Assembly (NCBI GenBank): GCA_963841435.1
Contig: CAWJCS010000006.1
Location: forward strand, 1,344,001 to 1,408,000
DNA length: 64,000 nt
Direction: 5' to 3'
Origin: an uncultured delta proteobacterium
GTDB taxonomy: Bacteria > Myxococcota_A > Polyangia > Polyangiales > Polyangiaceae
The notes below the pieces were generated by a model, which was given only the letters and a program-made list of their open reading frames with translations, searched no databases and was not told where the DNA came from. Each line of letters begins with the position of its first letter. The stretch's first letter is position 1. Shown here one piece after another: positions 10,258-20,978 of the stretch. Made by a program: the position numbers and the translations under genes.

Positions 10258-11102
10258 TCGCCGAGGAGACCCTGGTGCGGGCGTTTGCCGAGGAAACGCC
10301 CGAGGAAGTCGCGCGGATCTTCGAGCGTCTGCCGGCGTCCGATGGCGCGCACCTGCTCGAGGTGCTCGGTGTGGAGCGGGCCTGTCTGGTGCTCGCGGCG
10401 GCCGATCCCGGCGCCACGGCCCGTGCGCTCCGGGGTTTGCCAGCCGATGCGGCCCGTGCGCTCCTCGCGGAGCTCGATCCACGCGCGGCGGTGGAGGCGC
10501 TCCGACAGCTCGACGGCGCCGAGCGCGACACGCTTTTCGCCGCGCTCTCCGCCGAGCGGCGGGCGCTATTCTCCAGCCTCACGAGCTACCCGATCGACAC
10601 CGCCGCCGGCCGCGTCGATCCGCGCGCACCTGCGCTGTTCGAGGACCTCACGGCGAGCGAGGTGCTCGAGCGGCTCGCCGACCACCCGGGTCGAGCGCTC
10701 CACTACGTCTACGCCGTCGACCACCAGCGCCACCTGACGGGCGTCGCCAACCTGCGCGAGCTCATGGCCGCCAATCCCCGGACACCGCTTGCGTCCTTCA
10801 TGACCCGGAACCCGAGCGCGCTCCGGGCCGGTGACGGCCTCATTCTGGTCGTGCGCCACCCCGGCTGGCGTGAGCACCACGCGCTTCCGGTCGTGGACGG
10901 GGCGGGCCGCTACCTGGGCGCCCTGCGCTACTCCACTTTCCGCGCGATCGAGAGCGAGCTCGGGCGGGCCGGAGCCGATCCTGACGCTAGCCAGGCGGCG
11001 GGGGCGCTCGCCGAGCTCTGCGCGATCGGGGTCTCCGCCGTCGCACGCGTGGCGGCCGCGGCGCTGAGCGCCGAGAGGTCGGGCGAAGGAGCGCGCCGAT
11101 GA
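10254..11102 (+). CDS. MgtE N-terminal + CBS domain protein (no complete TM domain)
   Basis: GTG start overlapping upstream stop; SYPIDTAAG, YVYAVD...LTGVANLREL, LPVVDGAGRYLG. Confidence 0.8.
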   Translation: MIAEETLVRAFAEETPEEVARIFERLPASDGAHLLEVLGVERACLVLAAADPGATARALRGLPADAARALLAELDPRAAVEALRQLDGAERDTLFAALSAERRALFSSLTSYPIDTAAGRVDPRAPALFEDLTASEVLERLADHPGRALHYVYAVDHQRHLTGVANLRELMAANPRTPLASFMTRNPSALRAGDGLILVVRHPGWREHHALPVVDGAGRYLGALRYSTFRAIESELGRAGADPDASQAAGALAELCAIGVSAVARVAAAALSAERSGEGARR

Positions 11103-12403
11103 CACTCGCCTTCTCGAGCCTCGTGACCGCGTACCTGGTCCACCATCCCGCGGACGCCGCGCGCGCCCTCGCCCGGCACGACGCGAGCGAGACCGGAGCG
11201 CTGCTCGACGAGGTGAGCACGGAGGCGGCCCTTTCCGTGCTCGGGCACATGAGCGGCAACGACGCGGCCCGCGCGCTCGCCGAGCTCCCGGACGAGCGCG
11301 CCCGGACGTTGCTGGTCGCCGCCGATTTCGTACGCGTCGCGGGCCTTCTCGCGCACCTCGCTCCGAGCGAGCGAGAGCGGCTGCTCGCTCTCTTGCCGCC
11401 GGCCACGGCGCGCAACGTGAGCGAGGCCCTCGCGTTTCCTCCGGGCACCGCCGGGGAGCTCATGGACCCGCGCGTGGTGACGTTTCACGAGGCGACGACC
11501 GTCAACGAAGCGCTCGTGCGCGTGCGAAGGCTCGCGGGAAGCCGCGGCGACGATCTCCTGCTCACGGACGACGACGGTCACCTGAGCGGCGTGGTTCCGC
11601 TCCGCGCCCTGGTCGCGGCATCCGGCGACGCCCGGCTCGCGGCTGTCGCCGACCGGGGTCGTCCCTCCGTGCACGTGATGGCAGGGCGCGACGAAGTGGT
11701 GGAGCTCCTGCGCGGAAACCCCGCGACGAGCTTGCCCGTGGTCAACCTCGAGGGGCGCGTGATTGGCGTCTTGCGTCACGAGGGCCTCGTGGAAGCGGCG
11801 CGCCAGGCGGCCACCGACGATTTGCAGCAGATGGTCGGCGCCGGCAAGGAGGAGCGAGCGCTCTCGCCCGCGCTCTTCGCCGTGAAGAGCCGCCTGCCGT
11901 GGCTTTTGATCAATCTCGCGACCGGCTTCCTCGCGGCCTCGGTGGTGGGCCTCTTCGATGCGACCATCGCCCGGATCACGGCGCTCGCGGTGCTGATGCC
12001 CGTGGTGGCCGGTCAGGCCGGCAACACCGGCGCCCAGGCCCTGGCCGTGACGATCCGCGGTCTGTCGCTGCGCGAGATCCGCGTCGGGCACTTTCCGCGC
12101 GTGCTCGCCAAGGAGACACTGACCGCGGCCGTCAACGGTGTCGCGATCGCTCTGGTTACCGCGGCCGGCACCTACTTCTGGAGCCACAGCGCGCCGCTCG
12201 CGCTCGTCATCGGCGTCTCGATGGTCGGCTCGATGGTGATCGCGGCGATCGCGGGCGCAGCCGTGCCCGTGGTGTTGACGGCTCTCGAGCGCGACCCGGC
12301 GACGGCTTCCTCGATCATCCTCACCACCGTCACCGACGTGACCGGCTTCTCGAGCTTCCTCGGCTTCGCGAGCCTGCTCTCGAGCCAGATCGCTCCGAGC
12401 TAG
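11099..12403 (+). CDS. mgtE: Magnesium transporter MgtE
   Basis: FPPGTAGELMD, CBS pair, RLPWLLINL, GQAGNTGAQ, DPATASSIILTTVTDVTGF. Confidence 0.92.
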   Translation: MTLAFSSLVTAYLVHHPADAARALARHDASETGALLDEVSTEAALSVLGHMSGNDAARALAELPDERARTLLVAADFVRVAGLLAHLAPSERERLLALLPPATARNVSEALAFPPGTAGELMDPRVVTFHEATTVNEALVRVRRLAGSRGDDLLLTDDDGHLSGVVPLRALVAASGDARLAAVADRGRPSVHVMAGRDEVVELLRGNPATSLPVVNLEGRVIGVLRHEGLVEAARQAATDDLQQMVGAGKEERALSPALFAVKSRLPWLLINLATGFLAASVVGLFDATIARITALAVLMPVVAGQAGNTGAQALAVTIRGLSLREIRVGHFPRVLAKETLTAAVNGVAIALVTAAGTYFWSHSAPLALVIGVSMVGSMVIAAIAGAAVPVVLTALERDPATASSIILTTVTDVTGFSSFLGFASLLSSQIAPS

Positions 12404-12434
12404 GCTGGCGTCGCTCTCTACCCCGTGACTCTGC

Positions 12435-13448
12435 TCAGCTCGGCGTGAGGACGGCGCGGAAGCGGACCTTGCTCTCTACCACCTTGAGGAAAGCCTCCTC
12501 CGCCTTCTCCAAGGGGAAGACCTCCGTGCGGGGTTTGATGCCGCAAAGAGCGCTGAACTTCATGGTGTCTTCCGAGTCGATCGAGGTGCCGCTGGGCCAG
12601 CCCTGAATGCGCTTGCCGCTGAGGAGCGGGAGGGCGGAGATAGTGAGCGGCTCGTGCGGGGCGGCGACGATGAGCAGGGTGCCGCGCGGCTTGATGCCGG
12701 TGAGGGTGCTCGCAATGGCGTCGGCGTGTGGCGCGGTGGCGAGGACCAGATCCGCCCCGCCGAGCTTTTGCAGGCCTTCAGCCGCCGAAACCTTGCTGGT
12801 ATCGATGTATTCGTGGGCGCCGAGCTCGCGAGCGAGCGCTTCCTTGCTGGCGCCGTGCGAGAGCGCGATGGTGCGCATGCCCATGTGAGCGGCGAACTGG
12901 ATGCCGAGGTGCCCGAGGCCGCCGATGCCTTGGACCGCGACCGTGTCCCCCGGGCGAATGCCGCTGTTGCGCAAAGAGTTGTAGGTGGTGACGCCGGCAC
13001 AGAGCAACGGCCCCGCGTCGATGGGATCCAGTCCTTCTGGTATGCGTGCCAGGGACTCGGCCGGCACGACGGCGTACTCCGCGTAGCCGCCGTCGTGGCT
13101 GAGACCAGTGGTGCGGCCGCGCGCGCAGTTGAGGAAAAGACCGCGGCGACACCAGTCACAGACGAAACAATGGCCACCGTGCCACCCAACACCGACGCGG
13201 TCGCCCTCCTTGAAGGCCGTGACGCCTGAACCGATCGCGTCGATCTTTCCGGCGATCTCGTGGCCGGGAATGCGCGGTAGCTCCAGCCCGGGAAAATGGC
13301 CGCCGCGAGCGACGGCGTCGCTGTGACAGACGCCGCACGCTTCCACCTTCACGCGCACCTGCCCCGCGTCCGGCGTAGGAATGGGGCGCTCCCCGACCTC
13401 GAACGGCGCCCCTGCCTTGACGACCATCACCGCTTTCATCTTTGCCAT
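12435..13448 (-). CDS. Zinc-dependent alcohol dehydrogenase
   Basis: ACGVCHSD, GHEIAG, four-Cys structural Zn site, GIGGLGHLG; start at ATG 13448. Confidence 0.93.
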   Translation of the reverse strand: MAKMKAVMVVKAGAPFEVGERPIPTPDAGQVRVKVEACGVCHSDAVARGGHFPGLELPRIPGHEIAGKIDAIGSGVTAFKEGDRVGVGWHGGHCFVCDWCRRGLFLNCARGRTTGLSHDGGYAEYAVVPAESLARIPEGLDPIDAGPLLCAGVTTYNSLRNSGIRPGDTVAVQGIGGLGHLGIQFAAHMGMRTIALSHGASKEALARELGAHEYIDTSKVSAAEGLQKLGGADLVLATAPHADAIASTLTGIKPRGTLLIVAAPHEPLTISALPLLSGKRIQGWPSGTSIDSEDTMKFSALCGIKPRTEVFPLEKAEEAFLKVVESKVRFRAVLTPS

Positions 13449-13549
13449 GCGACTTGCTCCCTTCCTCGCCACGGCACTGCCATGGCCTTCGCGTGCCGGG
13501 TTGTGGGGCATCGTCCCACGGATCGCAAGCCCCGAACGAGCGCCGAACC

Positions 13550-13825
13550 TCAGTCGTCGAGCACCTCGAATGCCTGATTCAGCTTCGCCGCCAGATACGT
13601 CGAGCCCTCGGGATGGTCGGGATGCACCTTCTTCATCAGGCTTCGGTAGCGGTTCAGGATCTCCTGCTTCGACGCTCCCTCTTCGACCCCCAGCACCTCG
13701 AGAGCCTCGGCGCGCGTCATGCGACCGCGCCCTGGACCGCGATCGACCGCCGAAACGCGCGACACGGCGCGCAGCACGAGCGCGACGGCGAAGACGACCA
13801 AAAGCAAGAAACTCAGGCGGACCAT
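13550..13825 (-). CDS. Small membrane-anchored DnaJ-domain protein
   Basis: N-terminal TM; EALEVLGV...KKVHPD...KLNQAFEVL. Confidence 0.88.
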   Translation of the reverse strand: MVRLSFLLLVVFAVALVLRAVSRVSAVDRGPGRGRMTRAEALEVLGVEEGASKQEILNRYRSLMKKVHPDHPEGSTYLAAKLNQAFEVLDD

Positions 13826-14034
13826 AGAGCACCCTTAGCGCAGGATGACGCCGAGACCGCTTGTTCCCGCGCGCCGCCGCTCCGCCTGGTCAGTCCCCCG
13901 ACGGGCATTCCGTGGAGCTCCTTCAGCGAGGTGAGTCCCTGCCGCCGCGCGAGCCATGGCTGTCCATGAAAAACCAGGGCAGCTGGTAGGCGCCGGCCCG
14001 CATCGGACCGCCGCGACCGGTCGAGCCGTCGCCG

Positions 14035-14691
14035 TCAGCTCGAAAGGCCGCCGAGGCCGAGTGCCTCGAGGCACTCCGAAAGCTCGCTCGGCAGCGGGGC
14101 GTGCACTTCGAGTGAGCCGTCGTCATCGAGCGGGAGGCGGAGGCGGCTCGCGTGCAATCCGAGGCGATGAAAGCCGTAGCGCTCGCGAAAGTGGCGATTG
14201 ATGTCCCCCTTGCCGTAGCGCACGTCTCCGATCAGGGGGTGGCTGATGTGCTTCATGTGCCGCCGGATCTGGTGGAGTCGGCCCGTCAGCGGCTCGACAC
14301 GGAGCAGGCTGACGCGCTCGACGGTCGAGGTGCCGAGTCGCACGAAGCGAGTCCGAGCTTCCACCCGCGGGCCACCCTCGGCGCGCGGCACGGGCGAATC
14401 GGTGAGGCCCCGTTCGGCGGTGTGCCCTCTCGTCAGCGCGAGGTACTGCTTTTCCACGCGTCCGGAGGCCCACGCCTCGCCCAGGATCGCGGCGTGCTCC
14501 CTGTCGAGCGCGAACACGAGGACACCCGACGTCGCGCGATCGAGCCGGTGGACGGGGTACACCCAACGTCCGGCGATCTCTCGAGCGAGCGAAAGGGCCG
14601 TCTCGCGATCGTTGTCCCATCCGCGGTGGACCAGCAGACCCGCCGGCTTATCGACGACCAAGAGGCGGGTGTCCCGATACAAGATCTTCAA
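14035..14691 (-). CDS. RluA/TruC-family pseudouridine synthase (start uncertain)
   Basis: VDKPAGLLVH, HRLDRATSG, TGRLHQIRRHM, GDVRYG, LHA motifs. Confidence 0.9.
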   Translation of the reverse strand: MKILYRDTRLLVVDKPAGLLVHRGWDNDRETALSLAREIAGRWVYPVHRLDRATSGVLVFALDREHAAILGEAWASGRVEKQYLALTRGHTAERGLTDSPVPRAEGGPRVEARTRFVRLGTSTVERVSLLRVEPLTGRLHQIRRHMKHISHPLIGDVRYGKGDINRHFRERYGFHRLGLHASRLRLPLDDDGSLEVHAPLPSELSECLEALGLGGLSS

Positions 14692-14734
14692 GCGTACCCC
14701 GGACCACTCGGCTCGCGCCGTCGCCCTCGTCGCG

Positions 14735-15118
14735 TTAGCCGCCGGAAGGACCGCCGCCGATCCAGTCACCTTCGAGGGGCAATCCGGCGTCCTCCCAGTC
14801 GATCAAACCGCCGGCGTAGCGGCGTACGTTCGTGTACCCGTGGTCAACGAGCCGCCGGTACGCGGCGAGGCTCGCGAGGCACTGTGGGTTCGAGCAATAG
14901 ACGACGATGTCCTCGTCCTTCGCTAGCCCCTCCAGCATCTCGCCGACGGTGTTGAAATGGATGGACCCCGGAATGTGCTTGGCGGCGAAAGCCCATTCAC
15001 CGAGCGCCATCACGAGCTTGAAACGATCACCGCGTGCGATTTTTTCCTTTAGCTCTTCGCGAGCGATCGTGAAAACGGGCTGATCGGAAAGGACGGGGCC
15101 TGCAAGCGGACTTGGCAT
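14735..15118 (-). CDS. Rhodanese-like domain protein
   Basis: HIPGS, IVVYC, YAGGLIDWEDAGLPLE. Confidence 0.88.
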   Translation of the reverse strand: MPSPLAGPVLSDQPVFTIAREELKEKIARGDRFKLVMALGEWAFAAKHIPGSIHFNTVGEMLEGLAKDEDIVVYCSNPQCLASLAAYRRLVDHGYTNVRRYAGGLIDWEDAGLPLEGDWIGGGPSGG

Positions 15119-15971
15119 GATTCCTCGAGACGCCGCGACGCTAGCACCAACGTCGCGACCCTCCAGGTGACCCGGCGTCGTCGAGCGCCCGACCGGCGTG
15201 CACCCGCGCCGCGCGCTCGAATGGCTCGTGGAGCGGGCTCGAGCTGAAGATTGCGGCTCCGCGGCGACGCCGCGCCGAACGAGGCCCGGCCCAGTGACCT
15301 GTCACCATCGATGGTTTGGCGGAGCGCTACGAGCTCCAGAGGGGGGCTTCCTCTCGGACACGCCGGCGGACAATCCACGTGACGCGACCTTGCCGGCTCG
15401 CACTATGCAGACGGGCAGGCCATCCACGCCATGATGTTCGAGGGGAAGGCGCTCAGCGTGGGGCGGTCGGGCAATCGTACCTGGGCGGCAAATTTCAGTG
15501 GGTTGCGCCAGGTGAAGTTGCATTTTCGCGGCACGCTCGAAGGCTAGCGATCCCGAGCGGCCGGTCGGGTAGCGGCTGCCGGCTGCGGGAGTCCCCGGCT
15601 CGACCGACAGCTAGCGCGGGCGCAAAAAACGCGGTCACCGTACCAGCGGTCCCCCGGCCGGGCCCGCCCTTCACGCGCGCTTCGCGACGCCTAGCCCCGT
15701 TCCGTCCCGTCGCCGCGGGACGCACCGGACGGGGACGCGCGCACCGGACGGGGACGCGCGAGACGAACGGTGCTATGTTCCGCGCGATCGTACTCGCCGC
15801 CTTCGTCCGCCCCGTACGGGCACTGCCAATCTGGGCGTAGCGCACGAGGTTGCCGATCATCGTTCATCGACGTTCGTGCTGACACAACAGTCCCCAAGGG
15901 ACCGCTGGCGGCTCGAGCGCACGTATGTGCGATCCCCTCAACGGCCGACTTGGCCAGCACTCGGAGTCTCG

Positions 15972-17000
15972 ATGGACCTGCTCACCGCACTCGACCCTCG
16001 CACAGAATACTCATCTTCCCAGCTGCAGCTCATCGTCGGAGCCTGGGTGCTCGCGACGCCCTTCGAACGGAAGGCGAAGGTCTCGATCGTCAACGGTGAC
16101 ATCGAAGAAGCCGACTACGACAAGCGCTCCGTCTACTCGTTTCTCTACTCGCTCTATCGCACGATGGGCACCACCCAGACCGTGGGGGGCGAGCCCTACG
16201 AATTTACCTTCAACACCTGGGGGTACACGTGGCCGGCAGCGTGGGGGATCAGGCCGACGACGGAAACGGATCCCGAGCGCTTCGGGAAAAACGCCTACAC
16301 GGGGCTCTTCCACTTCGATGCCGTGACGAAATACCTCGCGGAGCGCGAAGGGCGCGTGCACGTCGTCGAGATGGGTTGCGGCACGGGCGCTGGTGCTCAC
16401 CACGTCGTCAGAAACACGCTGCCCCACTGCACCTACGAGGCTTTCGACATGCAGGAGGCCGCCATCCGGACGTGTCGGCGCAAATTCATCCCGGCCACCG
16501 AGGGCCGCCTCAAGGCCACCCGTGCCGACTGCACCGAGCTGCCCGTCGAGGAAGGCGTCGCCGACCTCGTCGTGGTTTGCGAGACCCACGTGACGGAGAT
16601 GGCAGGGCAGGTCACCGACGAGGACCGAAAGTTCTTCCACACCGCTCACCGCCTTCTCAAGACGGGGGGCATGCTCGTCTGGGGCAACGCGATCCCGGAC
16701 GACACCTGGCAGCCCTGCCTCGATTTTCTGAAGTCGCTCGGGATGTCGGTCGTCAACGTGTGCAACGTCACGGACGAGGCCATTGCGGCGCGCGTGGAAG
16801 ACAAGGGGCGCGCCGACGCGTACGTCAACGGCGTCCTCCAGCGCATGTGGGGCTTCAAGATCCCGCGGTTCGGCACGAAGAAGCGCATCGAGGCGCGGCA
16901 GGCGATGCTGAACTTCTACCGCAACCCCGGGACGCGGCTCTTCGACCGGATGGTCGAGCGGGTGGACACCTACAAGGTCGTCTGCCTGAAAAAGACCTAG
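15972..17000 (+). CDS. Class I SAM-dependent methyltransferase
   Basis: VVEMGCGTGAG motif I, ADCTELP, RLLKTGGML; FNTWGY; GGAG RBS before ATG 15972. Confidence 0.85.
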   Translation: MDLLTALDPRTEYSSSQLQLIVGAWVLATPFERKAKVSIVNGDIEEADYDKRSVYSFLYSLYRTMGTTQTVGGEPYEFTFNTWGYTWPAAWGIRPTTETDPERFGKNAYTGLFHFDAVTKYLAEREGRVHVVEMGCGTGAGAHHVVRNTLPHCTYEAFDMQEAAIRTCRRKFIPATEGRLKATRADCTELPVEEGVADLVVVCETHVTEMAGQVTDEDRKFFHTAHRLLKTGGMLVWGNAIPDDTWQPCLDFLKSLGMSVVNVCNVTDEAIAARVEDKGRADAYVNGVLQRMWGFKIPRFGTKKRIEARQAMLNFYRNPGTRLFDRMVERVDTYKVVCLKKT

Positions 17001-17073
17001 CCGTCCCCGGCTCCCAGGCGTGCACGACTCGGCGCTGCCCGAGTCGTGCGCGACTGATCATCGCTCGGGTGGG

Positions 17074-18001
17074 TCAGGACGAGGGCTTCTGTGCCGGCAG
17101 CGGAAGGTCGGCGAGGGCGGCCGCGCGCGAGCGGAACGTCCAGAAGACGAAGGCGCCTGCGAACGCCAGGAACAGCGCGCAGAGTGCCGGCAGGTTGAAG
17201 ATCTCGCTGCCGCCAATCAGCCGGATGAGCGGGTAGGCGACGACCATCAGGCACGCGCCGCCGAAGCCGATTCGCAGATCGTCGGGGGACAGGAGTGGAC
17301 CGGCGGCGGCCGCGGGTGCAGCGGTCAGCGGCTTTGCCATCCAGTGCTCGATGGGCTTCACGTGAAGCGCGAGCAGGAAGCCAATCGACATGAGACACCA
17401 GATGGCCGGCATCTCGTCCTTGTTCGAACGTCATGAAGAACGCCGGCAGAGGCCCCACGAGGAGATGATAGACGGTCCAGCGCCAGGAACCGTAGAACAG
17501 CGGCAGAAAGAAGGCCGGGATGAAATAGCAGAGGAAGCTACTATCGACCGCGTTGAGATAGAGCCTCCAGGCAATGTGCCAATCACCGTGGAAGCTACAG
17601 GTGTTCGTTCCGCAGAGCGGGACGACGCTCGGATCGCAGAGCCATTCCGCGTTCGGCACGTAGAGCTTCGACAGCATCGCCGTCGCGCCCAGCCCGCAGA
17701 CCAGAAATACCCACGGGCGGATGCGGCGCGCTTTCGTTGCGGGGATGAACGACAGGGCCAGAAGGTTGATGAAGAAGGGCTGAAACGCGATGTGCGCGTA
17801 GCTAATCCGCGTGAGCCAGCGGTTCGAGGGCAGGCCGCACTGATCGATGACGAGATAGGTGGCCGCCTGCAGAAGCTCCATCGCCGTGAAGTACAGGACC
17901 GTGCCCCAGCGTCCCGTCGGGCTCCCTTTCGAACGCGCCCATAGGGCTCCGGACACGCCCAGGGTGGCGACGGCCAAGCTTGCTTCACCCGACCAGCACA
18001 T
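17074..18001 (-). pseudogene. DUF5765-like membrane protein, frameshifted near 17428
   Basis: MCWSGEAS..., MELLQ, HIAFQPFF; removing one T gives continuous FFMTSNKDEMPAIWCLMS into ORF 17074..17412; real lesion or sequencing error. Confidence 0.7.
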
Positions 18002-18336
18002 CGCTTACGCGGACTCCACGTGCCGGCCCATGGCAGCGAGGCGTGCGACGGCGCGAGCGTGCCCTACGAATCGGGCGCGGTGCGTTTCGAGGGGCCGGGG
18101 GTGGGTCATCGGGTGGTCCCGCGTATCACGGGAAGGCCCGTGGGGGGCGTTCCGCGACGACGGTACGGCCGTCATCGCGGAGTTTTCATCGAATCAGGGC
18201 GTTCGCTCGCGTGGGCGGGGCGACCAAGGTGCCGCACGCGGGAGCCGCCGAGCCTCCGGCCGAGCCTTTCGCAGCCATGGGGCCACGCCCCGCGTCCACT
18301 CGAGCGCGCGACCGAATCGCGCTCGGCGGTGGCGTG

Positions 18337-18849
18337 TCAGCGCGCCGCGACTTGGAGGGTGGCGCGCTCGTTGAGCGTTTCCCTGATGGTGCGGGCCGCG
18401 TGGGCGAGCGCCGTGGCCTCCGGAGCGGTGCCAGCGCGCTTGCGGACCTCGCCGGCAAGCCAGGTCGCGCCCTCCTCGATGGAGCTGAACACGCCCATCG
18501 GATACGATGGGCGCGCGGCGAGCTGCAGGAGCGACAGGACCGCGCGCATTGCCGCCCCGCGGAACCCGGTGCCCTCGACCACCTGCGCGGCGGCTACCAT
18601 CGACGAGCCCGCGAGGCCCTGCCGGATGTACTTTCGCGCCTCGTCGGACGGAGGGCTGCAATCGCTCGAAACGATGAGCAGCGCCCCGGTGCGCTGGCCG
18701 CTCGCTTTGGAGAGATTCTCCAGCTCCGAGACGATGTGCTGCATCACCTCGTGCGTCGGAGCCTCCCGCGAGACGATGATTTCGACGTTTTCGAACCAGG
18801 CGATGGTGTGAGCGCCGTCGTTGAAGCGGTCGATTGCCTTCGTTCCCAT
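18337..18849 (-). CDS. Myxobacterial STAS/SEC14-like hypothetical protein
   Basis: PPSDEAR...VVEGTGFRGAAMRAVL...VFSSIEEGATWL. Confidence 0.75.
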   Translation of the reverse strand: MGTKAIDRFNDGAHTIAWFENVEIIVSREAPTHEVMQHIVSELENLSKASGQRTGALLIVSSDCSPPSDEARKYIRQGLAGSSMVAAAQVVEGTGFRGAAMRAVLSLLQLAARPSYPMGVFSSIEEGATWLAGEVRKRAGTAPEATALAHAARTIRETLNERATLQVAAR

Positions 18850-19036
18850 GCGCGGTAGATGCACGCGCCCCGAATTGATTCGTTGTGCTGTTGCCACGAT
18901 ACCCCAGACCCACCTTAGGACCAGGAGCCGGCACACGGGAAGCAGAACCAGATCTCGATCCCAAGATTGGTAGGGTAGAAGACCACATCGTGCGCACGGG
19001 TGAGCGCGGGTGTCCGACCACGCTCACCCGTGCTCG

Positions 19037-20635
19037 TTAGCCGATGTCGCGGGTACGCTCTTCTGCGGCGATCGGCGAAAAACCAGAGAAACGCGGCGGG
19101 GGCAGCGTCCGCGACGCGCGGACGAACGTCTGTCCTTGGGCTTCGCGCAGCGACAGCGAGTACTGCTCTTCCGCGTTGTCGAACACCGTGTCGATGATCG
19201 CCGCGATCTCGCGATGCTGAGCAATCGTCGGCGACTCGGCGAGGAAGGCGGCGTCGGCGCCCGGATCGAGCGCGAGCTCGGCTGGGTGGGCGAGGTGGTG
19301 CCGGTTCGCCCAGTAGTCGAGGGTGACGCCGTCTTCGGCTTCGACCGCGGCCGCGAGTGGCTCGGTGCACGCGAACAGGGGTTCCCCAGTCGCTTCGAGC
19401 GACTTCATCAGCCACCAGCGAACCAGGGGGTGCTCGTTTCTGAACGCGAAGTGTTTCACCTTCGCCATGTTTCGGCGGTGTGTCTCGGTCTGGGGCGTCA
19501 AGAAGTAGAAGCCGATGGCCTCTCCCGCGTCCCAGCCGAGCAGGCGATCCATCCCGAGTGCCTGCCAGTCGCGGAGGTAGAGAGCCCCGTGGCTCGCCAG
19601 GCGATCCGCCCAACGGGTGATGGCCTCTTCGAGGGGTGAGCTTGGCGCCGGGTAGCGCAGCACCAGCTCGTTGAAGTCTCGGTAGCCGGCGATGTCGATG
19701 CCCCAGATGGCCATGAAGCCCCGCAGCCGGTCGCGCGGGGACACCGCTCCGTCCTCGCGCAGCCACGCGAGCAACGGATGGCGCTCGAGCTGAGCCACGC
19801 GGCGACGCAGCCTGCTCACCAACAGGGACTGCGTCGCGGTAGGGGGCGGAGCCGTGGGGGGCGTGGGCGGAGCGCTGCGGTCGCGCAACGGCGCCGTCGC
19901 GTCGAGAAACTCGCCTTCGAGATCCCGGACGAGCGCGTCATAGCTCTGCGCTCGCCTGCCGTATTCGTGGACGTCGTCGAGCACGCGGAGGAACCGGTCG
20001 AAGACGCGCTGGACGACGAGCGTGGCGGCGCTCACTTGCTCGTCGTTCAGGATGGACGCCGCGAGCTCGGTCTCGTCGGTATGAAGATGTCCGGTCTCGC
20101 GATCGCGATGGTATTGCCCGAAGTAGTCGTGCGGTACGCCACGCTCGCGCGATAGCCGCGTCGCGATCGGCGCGGTGTGCCCGAAGAATACGTCACCGCA
20201 GATCTCGACCGCCTCCATCATAGGGAAGCGCACGAGCGGATCCGGGTGCTTGACCGACATCTCGAGTAGCTCCATGCCGAAGCGGCGCACCGTTTCGGTG
20301 CCGTCGGCGTGGAACATCCACCACAGCATCTTGCCTGGCGTCCACGACCCGATTTCGCCGAGCGCGAGGGTCGTCCAGTTCTCGTAAAAGAGCAGCGAGT
20401 GCGTGCGGTCCTCCTCGGTGTGCTCGTTGATTGCGCGCTCCAGGGAATTCTGGGGCGCTTCGTAGCTCAAGAACCACTTGTTCAGGTCGGCGAAACCCAT
20501 GATGAAGTCGATCATCACGGGTGCAAACACGAAGCGCCGCTCCAACGGAACGGCATCCGAGTTCAGCCAGCCGAAAAACGGGTGCGCTGCAACGCGCGCC
20601 CTTCCACCACGTAGCTGTTGCCAAATACGTTTCAT
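19037..20635 (-). CDS. Tandem-duplicated heme-oxygenase-like (HO/TenA/PqqC fold) protein
   Basis: Two internally homologous halves (HPFFGWL/HPLLAWL; FADLN/YRDFN; PLVRF/PLVRW; DYFG/DYWA); half 1 has EEDxxH, ExxG and HxxxE. Confidence 0.65.
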   Translation of the reverse strand: MKRIWQQLRGGRARVAAHPFFGWLNSDAVPLERRFVFAPVMIDFIMGFADLNKWFLSYEAPQNSLERAINEHTEEDRTHSLLFYENWTTLALGEIGSWTPGKMLWWMFHADGTETVRRFGMELLEMSVKHPDPLVRFPMMEAVEICGDVFFGHTAPIATRLSRERGVPHDYFGQYHRDRETGHLHTDETELAASILNDEQVSAATLVVQRVFDRFLRVLDDVHEYGRRAQSYDALVRDLEGEFLDATAPLRDRSAPPTPPTAPPPTATQSLLVSRLRRRVAQLERHPLLAWLREDGAVSPRDRLRGFMAIWGIDIAGYRDFNELVLRYPAPSSPLEEAITRWADRLASHGALYLRDWQALGMDRLLGWDAGEAIGFYFLTPQTETHRRNMAKVKHFAFRNEHPLVRWWLMKSLEATGEPLFACTEPLAAAVEAEDGVTLDYWANRHHLAHPAELALDPGADAAFLAESPTIAQHREIAAIIDTVFDNAEEQYSLSLREAQGQTFVRASRTLPPPRFSGFSPIAAEERTRDIG

Positions 20636-20978
20636 TGGTCCCACGCCCTTTTCTGGTTTTTGTGCCCGCCCGCCCGTCTCGCGTGTCCCCGCGTACGGGC
20701 CGAGTGTCTGGACACTAGCCGAAGGCGGGTGTTCGAGGAAATGAATTTTCATCACCCTTCAGTGTCGTGGTCGTCGCGCGTGCTTGTCTCACAATGAGTC
20801 ACGCGCCGAACGTCATCTGCACGAAACCCCACGGCCACGACGCTTTGCGCCAACGAGATCGCGTCGCGCTTGCGCAACCAGTGAAGCGCCGCGACTGCTT
20901 GCCCAACCTGCGCAGTGCAGGGGCGCAGTCGAAGGGTGCGGTTGCGTTAACCCGTCTTTGGCGGGTCGGAAGTCCCGC

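Noticed and set aside
15198-15960. Short ORFs in the gap before the methyltransferase
   Set aside because: No motif, RBS or protein-like composition that could be supported
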